Assembly: GCA_026994915.1 (NCBI GenBank)
Contig: JALWPY010000107.1
Span: forward strand, 1 to 59,087
Reading direction: 5' to 3'
Length of the DNA stretch: 59,087 nucleotides
Origin: Campylobacterales bacterium
GTDB lineage: Bacteria > Campylobacterota > Campylobacteria > Campylobacterales > QNZT01
Both the position numbers and the translations under genes were made by a program. Below the pieces are notes generated by a model. The model saw only the letters and a list, made by a program, of their open reading frames with translations, had not been told where the DNA came from and searched no databases. Positions 36,538-45,747 of this stretch are shown in pieces. The stretch's first letter is position 1, and each line of letters begins with the position of its first letter.

Positions 36538-38100
36538 TTACTTAACTTTTGGTAAATATGGTACAGTTATTAGAAATATGACATCACCATCTGCTGAAAA
36601 ATGGTGCACTGATGCATCGAGTCTGGAGACAGCCTGCTGCACATTTTTCGGCAAAATATCATTTTTTGCCTCTTCATTGATGCTGAGTTGCTCTTTTTTG
36701 AGCCATTTGTCGAGTATCGACTGCTGTCTGGGAGAGATCTCTTTGCGTTCACTGGCACGGATCTCGATTTTGAGTTCTTCACTCCCCTGATAGAGATCGA
36801 CACGGATACGCCGTTTATCATACTGTACCGGTGCAGTGAAGTAACTGTCGATGATCCCTTTGACAAGCTCCTGCAATGCATCGGGATCGAGCGGCATATA
36901 GAGCTCTTCCTGATTCTCTTCGAGCGATTTGTCGACTTTCAGGCCATTGAGATAGATCGTTTTGTAGGCAGCGTAATTTTTCAGCAGAGAGGAGATGATA
37001 AAGTAAGCGTTAACTACACGCTGCTCTTTCTCCTCGACCGTGAGAATATCCTCTTCATGCCCTTTGTTGACTATCTCCGATATTCTCTGCAGTGTACGGT
37101 AAATCTTGTGATAAGAGCGCTCTTTCTCGTCGAGATCGATCTCCTCTTTCAGTGTCAGCAGCATATCATTAACACCTTTGCGACACTGCTGAAACTGCTC
37201 CTCTGTTTTGTCTGTATGCGGAAGATACTGATGGTTGTTGAGTAGTTTGACAACATACATCTGATGCTCTTTAATATGTGTCTGCTGCAAGAGGAGTGTA
37301 AAGCTGTAGGGTACGCCCTCTTTGCGCACTTTGAGTGCAAAGTGAAACTCCTGTGACATACCGGCGATCTTCTCCCACTCCTCAAATGGATAGTGGTTCA
37401 GATAGTTTGCATCTTCCATATATGGGATAAATTTGCGAAAGAGGTGTTTCGAAGCGAGGATTTTATTGACCAGATCGATATCTTCAAAAAAACGCAGAAA
37501 GACTTTGTTGGTCTCGATGATTCTGTTCTGCTTTTTGTCGTAGATGAAAAGGATATTTTCATCCACTTCCAGGAAACTTCTGTAGATACCAAGGTAGGCT
37601 TTCGCCTCTTCGATCTTTTGCATCATCATCTCTTCAAAGAGCGATTCATGCGGCTTTTTACGCATGTTTTTAAAGAGGCTATTGACACGCGCCTTGAGCA
37701 TCACGGTATCGACGGGCTTGCGCATAAAATCGAGATTGATATCACGATAGGAGTCGTAGCGCTCCTTCCTGAAACTGCTGTTGATCAGCAAAATCTTGGG
37801 CACCTCTTTGAGCAATTCGCGTTTATTGAGTTTGTCGATAATCTCAAAGCCTTCGGCACTGGGGAGCTTTTCATCGACAATGATCAGGTCAATCTCCAGA
37901 TGGGCGGCGATTTTGAACGCCGACTTGAGATTTCCGGCCTCATAGACTTTGCAGCCCTCCATCTGCTCCAGCAGTTTTTTGATCAAAAGCAGATCATCCT
38001 GATTCTGTGTGATGAGCATGATATTGTACTGTGCCGTTTCAGGTGAGCTGAAATCCGAAGGGGCCATACTGAAAGTATTGTTTTGTGTATCGAGTGTCAC
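36538..38100 (-). CDS. Response regulator: REC + PAS-like + degenerate histidine-kinase-like C-terminus
   Basis: 520 aa. The REC domain has acidic pair QDD and phospho-acceptor context DLIIVDEKLP. The middle region is PAS-like (ILFIYDKKQNRIIETNKVFLRFF). A possible H-box remnant (SYHKIYRTL) follows, and the C-terminal ATPase-like fold lacks N/G boxes. GTG start with AAGGA upstream. Confidence 0.7.
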   Translation of the reverse strand: MTLDTQNNTFSMAPSDFSSPETAQYNIMLITQNQDDLLLIKKLLEQMEGCKVYEAGNLKSAFKIAAHLEIDLIIVDEKLPSAEGFEIIDKLNKRELLKEVPKILLINSSFRKERYDSYRDINLDFMRKPVDTVMLKARVNSLFKNMRKKPHESLFEEMMMQKIEEAKAYLGIYRSFLEVDENILFIYDKKQNRIIETNKVFLRFFEDIDLVNKILASKHLFRKFIPYMEDANYLNHYPFEEWEKIAGMSQEFHFALKVRKEGVPYSFTLLLQQTHIKEHQMYVVKLLNNHQYLPHTDKTEEQFQQCRKGVNDMLLTLKEEIDLDEKERSYHKIYRTLQRISEIVNKGHEEDILTVEEKEQRVVNAYFIISSLLKNYAAYKTIYLNGLKVDKSLEENQEELYMPLDPDALQELVKGIIDSYFTAPVQYDKRRIRVDLYQGSEELKIEIRASERKEISPRQQSILDKWLKKEQLSINEEAKNDILPKNVQQAVSRLDASVHHFSADGDVIFLITVPYLPKVK

Positions 38101-38131
38101 ATTGTGTCCTTACGTAATCTTCTTAGACTAC

Positions 38132-38158
38132 ATATCGGACAAAAGTGACTATTTTTTA
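38132..38158 (-). promoter_or_regulatory. Sigma28-type promoter TAAA-N15-TCCGATAT upstream of the response-regulator gene
   Basis: The minus strand reads TAAA (38158-38155), a 15-nt spacer, then TCCGATAT (38139-38132). This sits 31 nt upstream of the GTG at 38100 and overlaps the ycjF stop codon. Confidence 0.35.
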
Positions 38159-39171
38159 CTGTTGAAGAGAGATTTTGCAATCATTTTGAAGATATTTTTG
38201 AAAAAACCGTCCTGTTTACGGGTCAGTGGCAGCGGACGGCAGGCCTTCAGCGCCCCCAGCCCTACCCTTGCCGTGAGTATGCCGTTGGCCACACCCTGCG
38301 CCCCGTGTGCAGAGACTTTGGAGAGCAGCGAAGCACCCAGTATATCATGCGAGTGGTTGATCATGATATCACTCGCACCGGCAAAAGCGAGATTGACAAA
38401 CACTTTTTTAACCAGTACCATCTCACCCATCAGATTGGGGCGCAGATTGTAGACTCTGGCAATCTCTCTGATCATAACATGGCTTCTGGAGAGGATCAGC
38501 ACCGCATCGATGACAGCCACGGGACTGATCGCCGTAGAGATCGCGGTTTGGTTGGCATATTTCGCGATAAGTGCTTTCGCTTTGCGGTCCATCGGTGCGA
38601 TCACAATCTCCTCCAGCCGTCTCATCACTTCATCATCCATCATCGAGGGTAACTCTTTTTCAAAAGCCTCTACCCTCTCCACGATCTCCGGATCTTCATG
38701 CGTTTTGTACATCGCAACAATTTTCCTGGCAAATACCCGACTCTCTCCGACCTTATGTTTCAGAAGCTCCGCCGCCTCCTCCTGTATCGTGTCGATACGT
38801 CTGATTTTGCGATAATCTACCATCTCTTTAAAAATACCGTATCCGAGTATTCCGACAAGTCCCAGAATCATCGCAATATAGACGATACCCAATAACGGAG
38901 CGTTTTGCATCATGGAGGAGGCGGAATAGAATGCATCGTAAATCGCTCCGATGATCACGATACCGGCAAGCAATCCCACGACAATCGCACTCTTTTTGGC
39001 AAAACGGCTGATACCCTTCAGGGCGGTGAGACGCTTGCGCTCCTCCTGTTCAATCTCTTCGATCACCTCGTCGTCACGCAAACGTGCCGGTGCCGCCGTA
39101 CTCTGCACCTCTTCCTCTTTCTCTTCGATGATTATCGCATCGTCGACTCTGCCGGGTTTGAGATTTTTCAT
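38149..39171 (-). CDS. ycjF: YcjF-family (DUF697 / UPF0283) membrane protein
   Basis: 340 aa with a charged N-terminus, central hydrophobic hairpin helices and a C-terminal DUF697-like region. It overlaps ycjX by ATGA, as in the conserved ycjXF pair. Confidence 0.75.
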   Translation of the reverse strand: MKNLKPGRVDDAIIIEEKEEEVQSTAAPARLRDDEVIEEIEQEERKRLTALKGISRFAKKSAIVVGLLAGIVIIGAIYDAFYSASSMMQNAPLLGIVYIAMILGLVGILGYGIFKEMVDYRKIRRIDTIQEEAAELLKHKVGESRVFARKIVAMYKTHEDPEIVERVEAFEKELPSMMDDEVMRRLEEIVIAPMDRKAKALIAKYANQTAISTAISPVAVIDAVLILSRSHVMIREIARVYNLRPNLMGEMVLVKKVFVNLAFAGASDIMINHSHDILGASLLSKVSAHGAQGVANGILTARVGLGALKACRPLPLTRKQDGFFKNIFKMIAKSLFNSKK

Positions 39172-40529
39172 ACACGATCCTTTAAGATACTATATATCAG
39201 TTTATCCATACGGATATGTTCGACCGCTTTCGTATCACGCAGCGGAAATGAAATCGGCCGGAAACGGGTCACATGAAAATCACCTTTTCGCAGGAAGGTC
39301 TCATCCTGATAACTCTCCGGTAACTCTCCGGGGAAATGTGTAGAGGGTTCATGTTCCCCCTCCACTACGCCGCGAATGCACTCTACCTCTTTACCGTCGA
39401 TTTTTGCCCGGACATCCTGCGTACTTTTAACCGCCGCCAGTACTGTCACTTCCGTGTCGATGTGTCGGACATCGAGCTCTTTTTTCAGATCCCAGATCAT
39501 CTCCTCGAGCAGCTTTTTATAGCGATTGTGCTGACTCCTGGGAAGATAGTCGGCTTTGGTCGCGGCAAATATTACCTGATTGATCTGCAGTTTGAAAAAG
39601 CGCGTCAGAAAATTGTTCGTGCCGTAGGTAAAAGATTTGAGAATATGTTTGAAACTCAGATGCATATCTTCGAAGACATCGTAACCGTGCTCAAGTGTTT
39701 TGAGCAGGTCCACGAGTACAATCTGTGTATCGAAGGATTCAAAATGCTCGAGATAGAGACGCTTGACCACTTCCTGAATATACTGTTCATAGCGTTTCTC
39801 AAAACGGGCATAGATAGAGTCGGGATGGCATGAACCTACAGGTGCAGGCAACGGACAGAAACAGAGCAGCGGATCGTCCTGCATGTCACCCGGTTCCAGA
39901 AATCTGCCGGGCTGCACAAACGAATATCCACGATAATGGAGGCTCTTGAGATATTCGCTGTAGTGATCATGGAGTATCTCTTCGGTATGTTCATCAGCCG
40001 GCAAACCATAGAGATCGACACTCTGCATGTATTGTAACCACTCCTGAGCATATCGCTTGCGTTTGGCCACTTTAGCCAGGGATAGCATACTTTTCGACCA
40101 GCTGGCAAAATCGAGTTCAAGCATACTCAGATCGAGCAGCCACTCACCCGGATAGTCGATCAGTTCCAGATTGATGATCTGATTTTTCAAAAATGCATAT
40201 TCGCTTTTAAACTCCAGCTGGAGTGTGGTTTTACTGACAGATTTCGTTGCTTTAGGCCATTTGGGTTCTTTCAGGCGAAATGCTTTGATCTTACTGTAGT
40301 AGTCAAAGCGCACGTAGACACTGTCGGGAGGCAGCAGCCGTGCTACAAACGGACGTCCAAGTTTCTCGTTCAGGTAGGGAAGTTTGTCGTTGGCGATAAG
40401 CTGGTTGATCAGTGAAGTCAGGAAGACGGTTTTACCACTTCGACTGAGTCCGGTAACAGCGACTTTTATCGTTTTATCAGGAGTAGGTATTTTAAATGGA
40501 AGTTCAATTTCTTTGATAAAACTGAGCAC
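39168..40529 (-). CDS. ycjX: YcjX-family P-loop NTPase (DUF463)
   Basis: 453 aa with Walker A VAVTGLSRSGKTVFLTSL near the N-terminus, plus DYPGEWLLD and FAATKADY motifs. GTG start with AAGGG upstream. Confidence 0.8.
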   Translation of the reverse strand: MLSFIKEIELPFKIPTPDKTIKVAVTGLSRSGKTVFLTSLINQLIANDKLPYLNEKLGRPFVARLLPPDSVYVRFDYYSKIKAFRLKEPKWPKATKSVSKTTLQLEFKSEYAFLKNQIINLELIDYPGEWLLDLSMLELDFASWSKSMLSLAKVAKRKRYAQEWLQYMQSVDLYGLPADEHTEEILHDHYSEYLKSLHYRGYSFVQPGRFLEPGDMQDDPLLCFCPLPAPVGSCHPDSIYARFEKRYEQYIQEVVKRLYLEHFESFDTQIVLVDLLKTLEHGYDVFEDMHLSFKHILKSFTYGTNNFLTRFFKLQINQVIFAATKADYLPRSQHNRYKKLLEEMIWDLKKELDVRHIDTEVTVLAAVKSTQDVRAKIDGKEVECIRGVVEGEHEPSTHFPGELPESYQDETFLRKGDFHVTRFRPISFPLRDTKAVEHIRMDKLIYSILKDRV

Positions 40530-40564
40530 TTAAACCCTTTTTTTTGTTTCGTTCATTGTACCCA

Positions 40565-40620
40565 AAAAAAGCGAAAAAAAAGAGGAGAGAAGAAGAGCTT
40601 ATGCGCTTGATAAGCCCTTC
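40565..40620 (-). terminator. Rho-independent terminator of the oor operon
   Basis: On the minus strand, GAAGGGCUUAU - 7-nt loop - AUAAGCUCUUC forms an 11-bp stem including one G-U pair (40592-40620). It is followed by a long U-rich tract, starting 12 nt after the oorC stop. Confidence 0.75.
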
Positions 40621-40631
40621 TGTATATGAAA

Positions 40632-41219
40632 CTAGCAGGCAGCGATATCGAGATCTGCCAGATTTTCACCTGCCATCGCACGTTTGGCATACTCTCGTCC
40701 GAGTTCCCATGCTTTGATGTTGGCATCGAGTACCTTCGGTGGAACTTTGTTTTTCATCGCTTCAAATACCTTTTCAGGATCCATGACATGTGTCATCTCC
40801 ACAGCGATCGCGAGAGCGACGACTGACTGTGTGACGACGTTTCCGACTTCATACTTGGCGATACGAATGATAGGAATCTCATAGATCTTCCATTTTTGAC
40901 GATCCTCTTCGGAAGGGTGTACAAGATCGGGATCAACGACGATGATACCACCCTCTTTGACACCATTTTTGAACTGATCATAACTCACCTGCGCAACAGA
41001 GAGCATAAACTCGATCTCACCATCGATGGCGTAAGGAAAAAGAATCTCTTTGTCATCCAGAAGGATATCGACCACAGTCGGTCCACCACGTACCTGCGAA
41101 GTGTAGGTCGCAGCTTTGACGCCATACCCACCTTCACTGATTTTCGCGGCAGCGAGAATTTCACCCGCCAGCAAAACACCCTGACCACCTACACCCGTAA
41201 ATCTAAGTTGTTTTCTCAT
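40632..41219 (-). CDS. oorC: 2-oxoglutarate:ferredoxin oxidoreductase, gamma subunit
   Basis: 195 aa. FTGVGGQGVLLAGEILA is the N-terminus typical of OFOR gamma subunits. It is the last gene of an oorDABC-ordered block. Confidence 0.88.
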   Translation of the reverse strand: MRKQLRFTGVGGQGVLLAGEILAAAKISEGGYGVKAATYTSQVRGGPTVVDILLDDKEILFPYAIDGEIEFMLSVAQVSYDQFKNGVKEGGIIVVDPDLVHPSEEDRQKWKIYEIPIIRIAKYEVGNVVTQSVVALAIAVEMTHVMDPEKVFEAMKNKVPPKVLDANIKAWELGREYAKRAMAGENLADLDIAAC

Positions 41220-42061
41220 TCGAAATCCTTTGTAGTGATTTTCGGTGCTTTACCCTGAGCCGCTTCGATGACTCTGTCGTAAAGTTCACAGTACTCAGGC
41301 TGCTCTTTCTCTACCAGTATACCCGTAGGGAAAAGATGCTTGCGCTCCTCTTCACTCATATTGTCATACTTTTTCTTTCCAACAGTGATCTCATCGATCC
41401 ACTCGAGGTTTTGCATCGCTTCACCCATCTTATTTTTACGTCCGAGGTTGATGTGACAGTTGGAGAAGACATCGAAGAAAGAGAATCCTTTGTGCTGGAA
41501 TCCTTTAACAAAGACTTTTTCGAGTCTTTTCGGATCGGTCATTGCTTCTCTTGCAACAAATGTTGCACCAGCACCCTCAGCAAGTTTACATGCATCGAAG
41601 GTCGGATCGATATTACCATACTGCATCGTCACCGTCCACATACCCTGTGGTGTCGTAGGTGATGTCTGAGAATTGGTCAGACCGTAAATGAAGTTATTGA
41701 TCAGAATGAAATTGATATCGATATTTCTTCTGCAACCATGGATCGTGTGGTTACCACCGATCGCCAGACCGTCACCGTCACCGGCAACGACAACAACATG
41801 TTTGTCAGGGTTTGCCAGTTTGATTCCCGTTGCATACGCTACTGTACGACCGTGTGTTGTATGGACAGTGTTACAGTTAATGTATGAAGAGAATCTTCCT
41901 GAACAACCAATACCAGAAACAACACAGACATCATCCATGTTCCAGCCGAGTTTATCGACCGCTCTGATAAATGCCTTCAAAATAACACCATCACCGCATC
42001 CCCAACACCAGAGTGTTGGCATCTTATCCGTTCTTAAATACTCATCATAATTAAACGCCAT
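41216..42061 (-). CDS. oorB: 2-oxoglutarate:ferredoxin oxidoreductase, beta (TPP-binding) subunit
   Basis: 281 aa with the WCWGCGDG cysteine motif and the TPP motif GDGDGLAIGGNH. Confidence 0.9.
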   Translation of the reverse strand: MAFNYDEYLRTDKMPTLWCWGCGDGVILKAFIRAVDKLGWNMDDVCVVSGIGCSGRFSSYINCNTVHTTHGRTVAYATGIKLANPDKHVVVVAGDGDGLAIGGNHTIHGCRRNIDINFILINNFIYGLTNSQTSPTTPQGMWTVTMQYGNIDPTFDACKLAEGAGATFVAREAMTDPKRLEKVFVKGFQHKGFSFFDVFSNCHINLGRKNKMGEAMQNLEWIDEITVGKKKYDNMSEEERKHLFPTGILVEKEQPEYCELYDRVIEAAQGKAPKITTKDFE

Positions 42062-43203
42062 TAGAACATCTCCTTAACTTTTGCTACCATATCTAAAGGT
42101 GGAATCGGTCGACCGTTTGCAGTTCTCAATGTTGCAAAGTCTTTTCTTCCGGTTACTCTTTCAATCTCTTCTGTGTACTGTCCGACCTGGTTCAGCTCTG
42201 TAATGAAGATTTTATCGAATTTCTCACCGATTTCCGCGATTTTCTCCTCAGGACTTGGCCAGAGCATGATCGGTCTGAAAAGACCCGCTTTGATACCGTC
42301 CGCTCTCAGCTTCATCACCGCCTCTTTGGCACCTCTTGAGATAGAACCGTAAGCGATCATACAGACTTCCGCATCGTCGAGCATAAACTCTTCATAGTCA
42401 GGCTGATCATCCAGTTTACCGACCTCTTTGATCTTTCCAACCAATCTTTTGATATTGTATGCACACATATCTTTGTCTTCTGTCGGGAAACCTGTCGGTC
42501 CATGATGCAGACCGGTCACATGGTATCGGTATCCTTTGAAAAACGGATTGAGTACAGCAGGTTTGTTCATCTCCGCTTCGTATGGCTTATATTCTGCCGG
42601 ATCACAGTCGATTGACGCTCTGTTTACGATACCAGCCTCAACCTCTTCCAGATCGGGAAGGATCGCTTTTCCATGCATATGTCCCAGTGTCTCATCCAGC
42701 AGAACGAAAACAGGTGTCATATATTTTTCTGCCAGGTTAAACGCTCTGACTGTCTCTGTATAGCACTCTTCCAGTGAACCCGGGCAGAGCGTAATCGAAG
42801 CATAGTCACCATGCGTCGGATACTTCGCCTGTCCGATATCCGCCTGAGATACACGGGTCGGAAGACCGGTTGAAGGGCCACCACGCATAACATTTGCGAT
42901 AACCAGAGGTGTCTCTGCGATAAATCCAAGACCGATCTGCTCCGCTTTCAGGGAGATTCCGGGACCGGAAGTCGCTGTCATCGATTTTTTACCACTGATA
43001 GATGCGCCGAGTGCCGCGGCGATACCGCCGATCTCATCTTCCATCTGGATAAACTTATACCCTTTTTTCGGAAGGAGTACACTCAGGTCATGCGCGATCT
43101 CACTTGAAGGCGTAATAGGATATCCGCCAAAAAACTCACAATTAACATCATATGCAGCTTTTGCACACAATGAGTTACCACTTGATATTACTTCTCTTGC
43201 CAT
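42061..43203 (-). CDS. oorA: 2-oxoglutarate:ferredoxin oxidoreductase, alpha subunit
   Basis: 380 aa with the OFOR alpha pattern (GYPITPSSEI, TATSGPGISL). It lies adjacent to the delta and beta subunits. Confidence 0.9.
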   Translation of the reverse strand: MAREVISSGNSLCAKAAYDVNCEFFGGYPITPSSEIAHDLSVLLPKKGYKFIQMEDEIGGIAAALGASISGKKSMTATSGPGISLKAEQIGLGFIAETPLVIANVMRGGPSTGLPTRVSQADIGQAKYPTHGDYASITLCPGSLEECYTETVRAFNLAEKYMTPVFVLLDETLGHMHGKAILPDLEEVEAGIVNRASIDCDPAEYKPYEAEMNKPAVLNPFFKGYRYHVTGLHHGPTGFPTEDKDMCAYNIKRLVGKIKEVGKLDDQPDYEEFMLDDAEVCMIAYGSISRGAKEAVMKLRADGIKAGLFRPIMLWPSPEEKIAEIGEKFDKIFITELNQVGQYTEEIERVTGRKDFATLRTANGRPIPPLDMVAKVKEMF

Positions 43204-43212
43204 CTAATCTCC

Positions 43213-43530
43213 TTAGCAACTTAATGTCATGTAATGATTTGCTTTGATCGCTTCCGCACGTGCTTTCGCTTCATCGGTCAGTTTCGCAAACTTATACTCT
43301 TTTCTGTCCGCAACATAGATTGCGAAATCGGGGCATGTCAGCTCGCAGTCGTTACAACCGATGCATGACTCTGGGTTTTCGACACTGATCGTCGCACCGA
43401 GGATCGTCTTGTCCGAAGGTACCATCGCAAGTGTTCCGGCGGGGCAAACCGCAACACATATATCGCAGGCTTTACATCTATCGACATTGACCCATACCGG
43501 GGTATTTTCAGGGGCTTTCATTAATCCCAT
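43213..43530 (-). CDS. oorD: 2-oxoglutarate:ferredoxin oxidoreductase, delta (2x[4Fe-4S] ferredoxin) subunit
   Basis: 105 aa with two CxxCxxCxxxCP clusters (CKACDICVAVCP and CIGCNDCELTCP). Confidence 0.88.
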   Translation of the reverse strand: MGLMKAPENTPVWVNVDRCKACDICVAVCPAGTLAMVPSDKTILGATISVENPESCIGCNDCELTCPDFAIYVADRKEYKFAKLTDEAKARAEAIKANHYMTLSC

Positions 43531-43665
43531 ATTATCTCCTTTATTTTGTCTGTATTCATCAATATATTTTATGCTAAGCTCTCTTGCAAATTGTGCAAAA
43601 GAGCATTTTTTTGTAAAAAGTTTTCCAAAAATTCCTTTTTTGTAGCACTTTTTACAAAAATAGTT

Positions 43666-44538
43666 TTATTTCTTCAGCACTTCCGCTACAGCCTTACCGA
43701 TCTCCGCCGGAGATACGACTACTTTGACACCTGCAGCTTCAAGGGCATCCATCTTCTCTTTGGCAGTTCCTGCACTGCCAGAGACAATCGCTCCGGCGTG
43801 TCCCATACGTTTACCCTTGGGTGCTGTCTGACCCGCGATAAATGCGACAACCGGTTTGGTGATATTCTCTTTGATAAACTGTGCCGCCTGAATCTCCAGA
43901 TCACCTCCGATCTCTCCGATCATGACTATCGCTTCGGTTTCAGGGTCGGCTTCGAACATAGGCAGCAGCTGCTTGTAACTGAGACCGATGATCGGATCAC
44001 CACCGATACCGACTGCAGTTGTAATACCATACCCCTCTTTGACGACCTGATTCGCCCCTTCATATGTCAAGGTACCAGACTTTGAAATCAGACCGACATT
44101 GCCCTTTTTGAAGATATTGCCGGGCATAATCCCGATCTTGCACTCTTCAGCGGTGATGACACCCGGACAGTTTGGTCCGATCGTCATCATACCATGCTTG
44201 ACGGCATAGGCTTTGGCCATCTGCATGTCACGTACAGGTGCACCTTCAGTGATGATGACCGCCAGTTCGATCCCGGCATCCGCCGCTTCCATCACTGCAT
44301 CACCTACAAAAGCGGGTGGAACGAAAACCATACTCACAGTCGCACCAGTCGCTTCGACGGCATCTTTGACGGTATTGAATACCGGTTTACCCAGATGTGC
44401 CTGTCCGCCTTTGTTCGGTGTGACACCACCGACAATCTGTGTACCATACGCCAGACACTGTTCTGCATGAAAGGTACCTTCACTGCCGGTAAATCCCTGT
44501 ACGATGACTTTTGTATCTTTGTTGACCAAAATACTCAT
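43666..44538 (-). CDS. sucD: Succinyl-CoA synthetase alpha subunit
   Basis: 290 aa with [11 protein letters not shown], the phosphohistidine context MGHAGAI, and GPNCPG. Confidence 0.95.
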   Translation of the reverse strand: MSILVNKDTKVIVQGFTGSEGTFHAEQCLAYGTQIVGGVTPNKGGQAHLGKPVFNTVKDAVEATGATVSMVFVPPAFVGDAVMEAADAGIELAVIITEGAPVRDMQMAKAYAVKHGMMTIGPNCPGVITAEECKIGIMPGNIFKKGNVGLISKSGTLTYEGANQVVKEGYGITTAVGIGGDPIIGLSYKQLLPMFEADPETEAIVMIGEIGGDLEIQAAQFIKENITKPVVAFIAGQTAPKGKRMGHAGAIVSGSAGTAKEKMDALEAAGVKVVVSPAEIGKAVAEVLKK

Positions 44539-45713
44539 GATAACTCTCCTTTAGCGGCTGCAACGGCTTTTTTCGCACCGTCCGCCAGATCGGTTGCTGA
44601 AATGACATTGGAAATATTTGCGTTTTTCAAAATCTCTGCCGCTTCTTCGGCATTGGTTCCATCGAGTCTGACGATGACAGGAACATGTACGTCGACCATC
44701 TTTGTAGCCTCGAGAATACCGTTGGCGATACGATCACAGCGCACGATACCGCCGAAGATATTGACGAAGATCGCTTTGACATTCGGGTTTTTGAGGATGA
44801 TCTCAAACCCTTTTGCAACGGTTTCCGCATTGGCTTTACCACCTACATCGAGGAAGTTTGCCGGTGTACCGCCCATATAGTTGATCGTATCCATCGTACC
44901 CATCGCGAGGCCCGCACCGTTGACCATACAACCAATCTCCCCGTCAAGAGCGACATAGCTGAGACCATATTTCGCCGCTTCTCTCTCATCCGGATCCTCT
45001 TCGGTAATATCACGCATCGCTTCGATCTCAGGATGTCTGTAGAGTGCAGAATCGTCAAATCCCATCTTTCCATCGAGTGCGAGGAAATCTCCGCTTCCTG
45101 TCTTGATGAGCGGGTTGATCTCGATCATCTCGGCATCTTTGTCCATGTAGACTTTGAAGAGTTTGGAAGCGAAATCGATAAACTTGCGCTGCTCCGCTTT
45201 GTCCGTTATGCCCAGACCGAAAACGAGTTCGCGCCCATGAAATCCCTGAAAGCCGATCGCAGGATCGACCGCTACTTTGACAATCTTCTCGGGTGACTCT
45301 TCTGCCACTTTTTCGATCTCCATACCGCCTTCGGTAGATGCCATGATAACTGGCATCTCTTTGGCACGATCCAGTACGACACCCAGATAGAACTCATCTT
45401 TGATATCCGCACCCTCTTCGATATAGATCTTGTGTACCACTTTGCCTTCAGGTCCGGTCTGGTGTGTTACCAGCGTCATGCCAAGGATCTCATCGGCATA
45501 CTTCTCGACCTCTTCGAGTGATTTCGCCAGTTTGACACCACCGCCGAGTCCACGGCCTCCGGCATGAATCTGTGCTTTGACCACCCAGATTTTGCCACCC
45601 AGTTCTTTGGCGGCTTCGACAGCCTCTTCGATCGTATTGGCTACGATACCCCTGGGGGTCGGTACGCCATATTCGGCAAAAATCTGTTTTGCCTGATACT
45701 CATGTATGTTCAT
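44535..45713 (-). CDS. sucC: Succinyl-CoA synthetase beta subunit
   Basis: 392 aa with [12 protein letters not shown], an ATP-grasp domain, and GGIVRCD. There is an ATGA-type overlap with sucD. Confidence 0.95.
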   Translation of the reverse strand: MNIHEYQAKQIFAEYGVPTPRGIVANTIEEAVEAAKELGGKIWVVKAQIHAGGRGLGGGVKLAKSLEEVEKYADEILGMTLVTHQTGPEGKVVHKIYIEEGADIKDEFYLGVVLDRAKEMPVIMASTEGGMEIEKVAEESPEKIVKVAVDPAIGFQGFHGRELVFGLGITDKAEQRKFIDFASKLFKVYMDKDAEMIEINPLIKTGSGDFLALDGKMGFDDSALYRHPEIEAMRDITEEDPDEREAAKYGLSYVALDGEIGCMVNGAGLAMGTMDTINYMGGTPANFLDVGGKANAETVAKGFEIILKNPNVKAIFVNIFGGIVRCDRIANGILEATKMVDVHVPVIVRLDGTNAEEAAEILKNANISNVISATDLADGAKKAVAAAKGELS

Positions 45714-45747
45714 ATACTCTCCTTCCTTAAGTTAATTTCTCAGTCTG

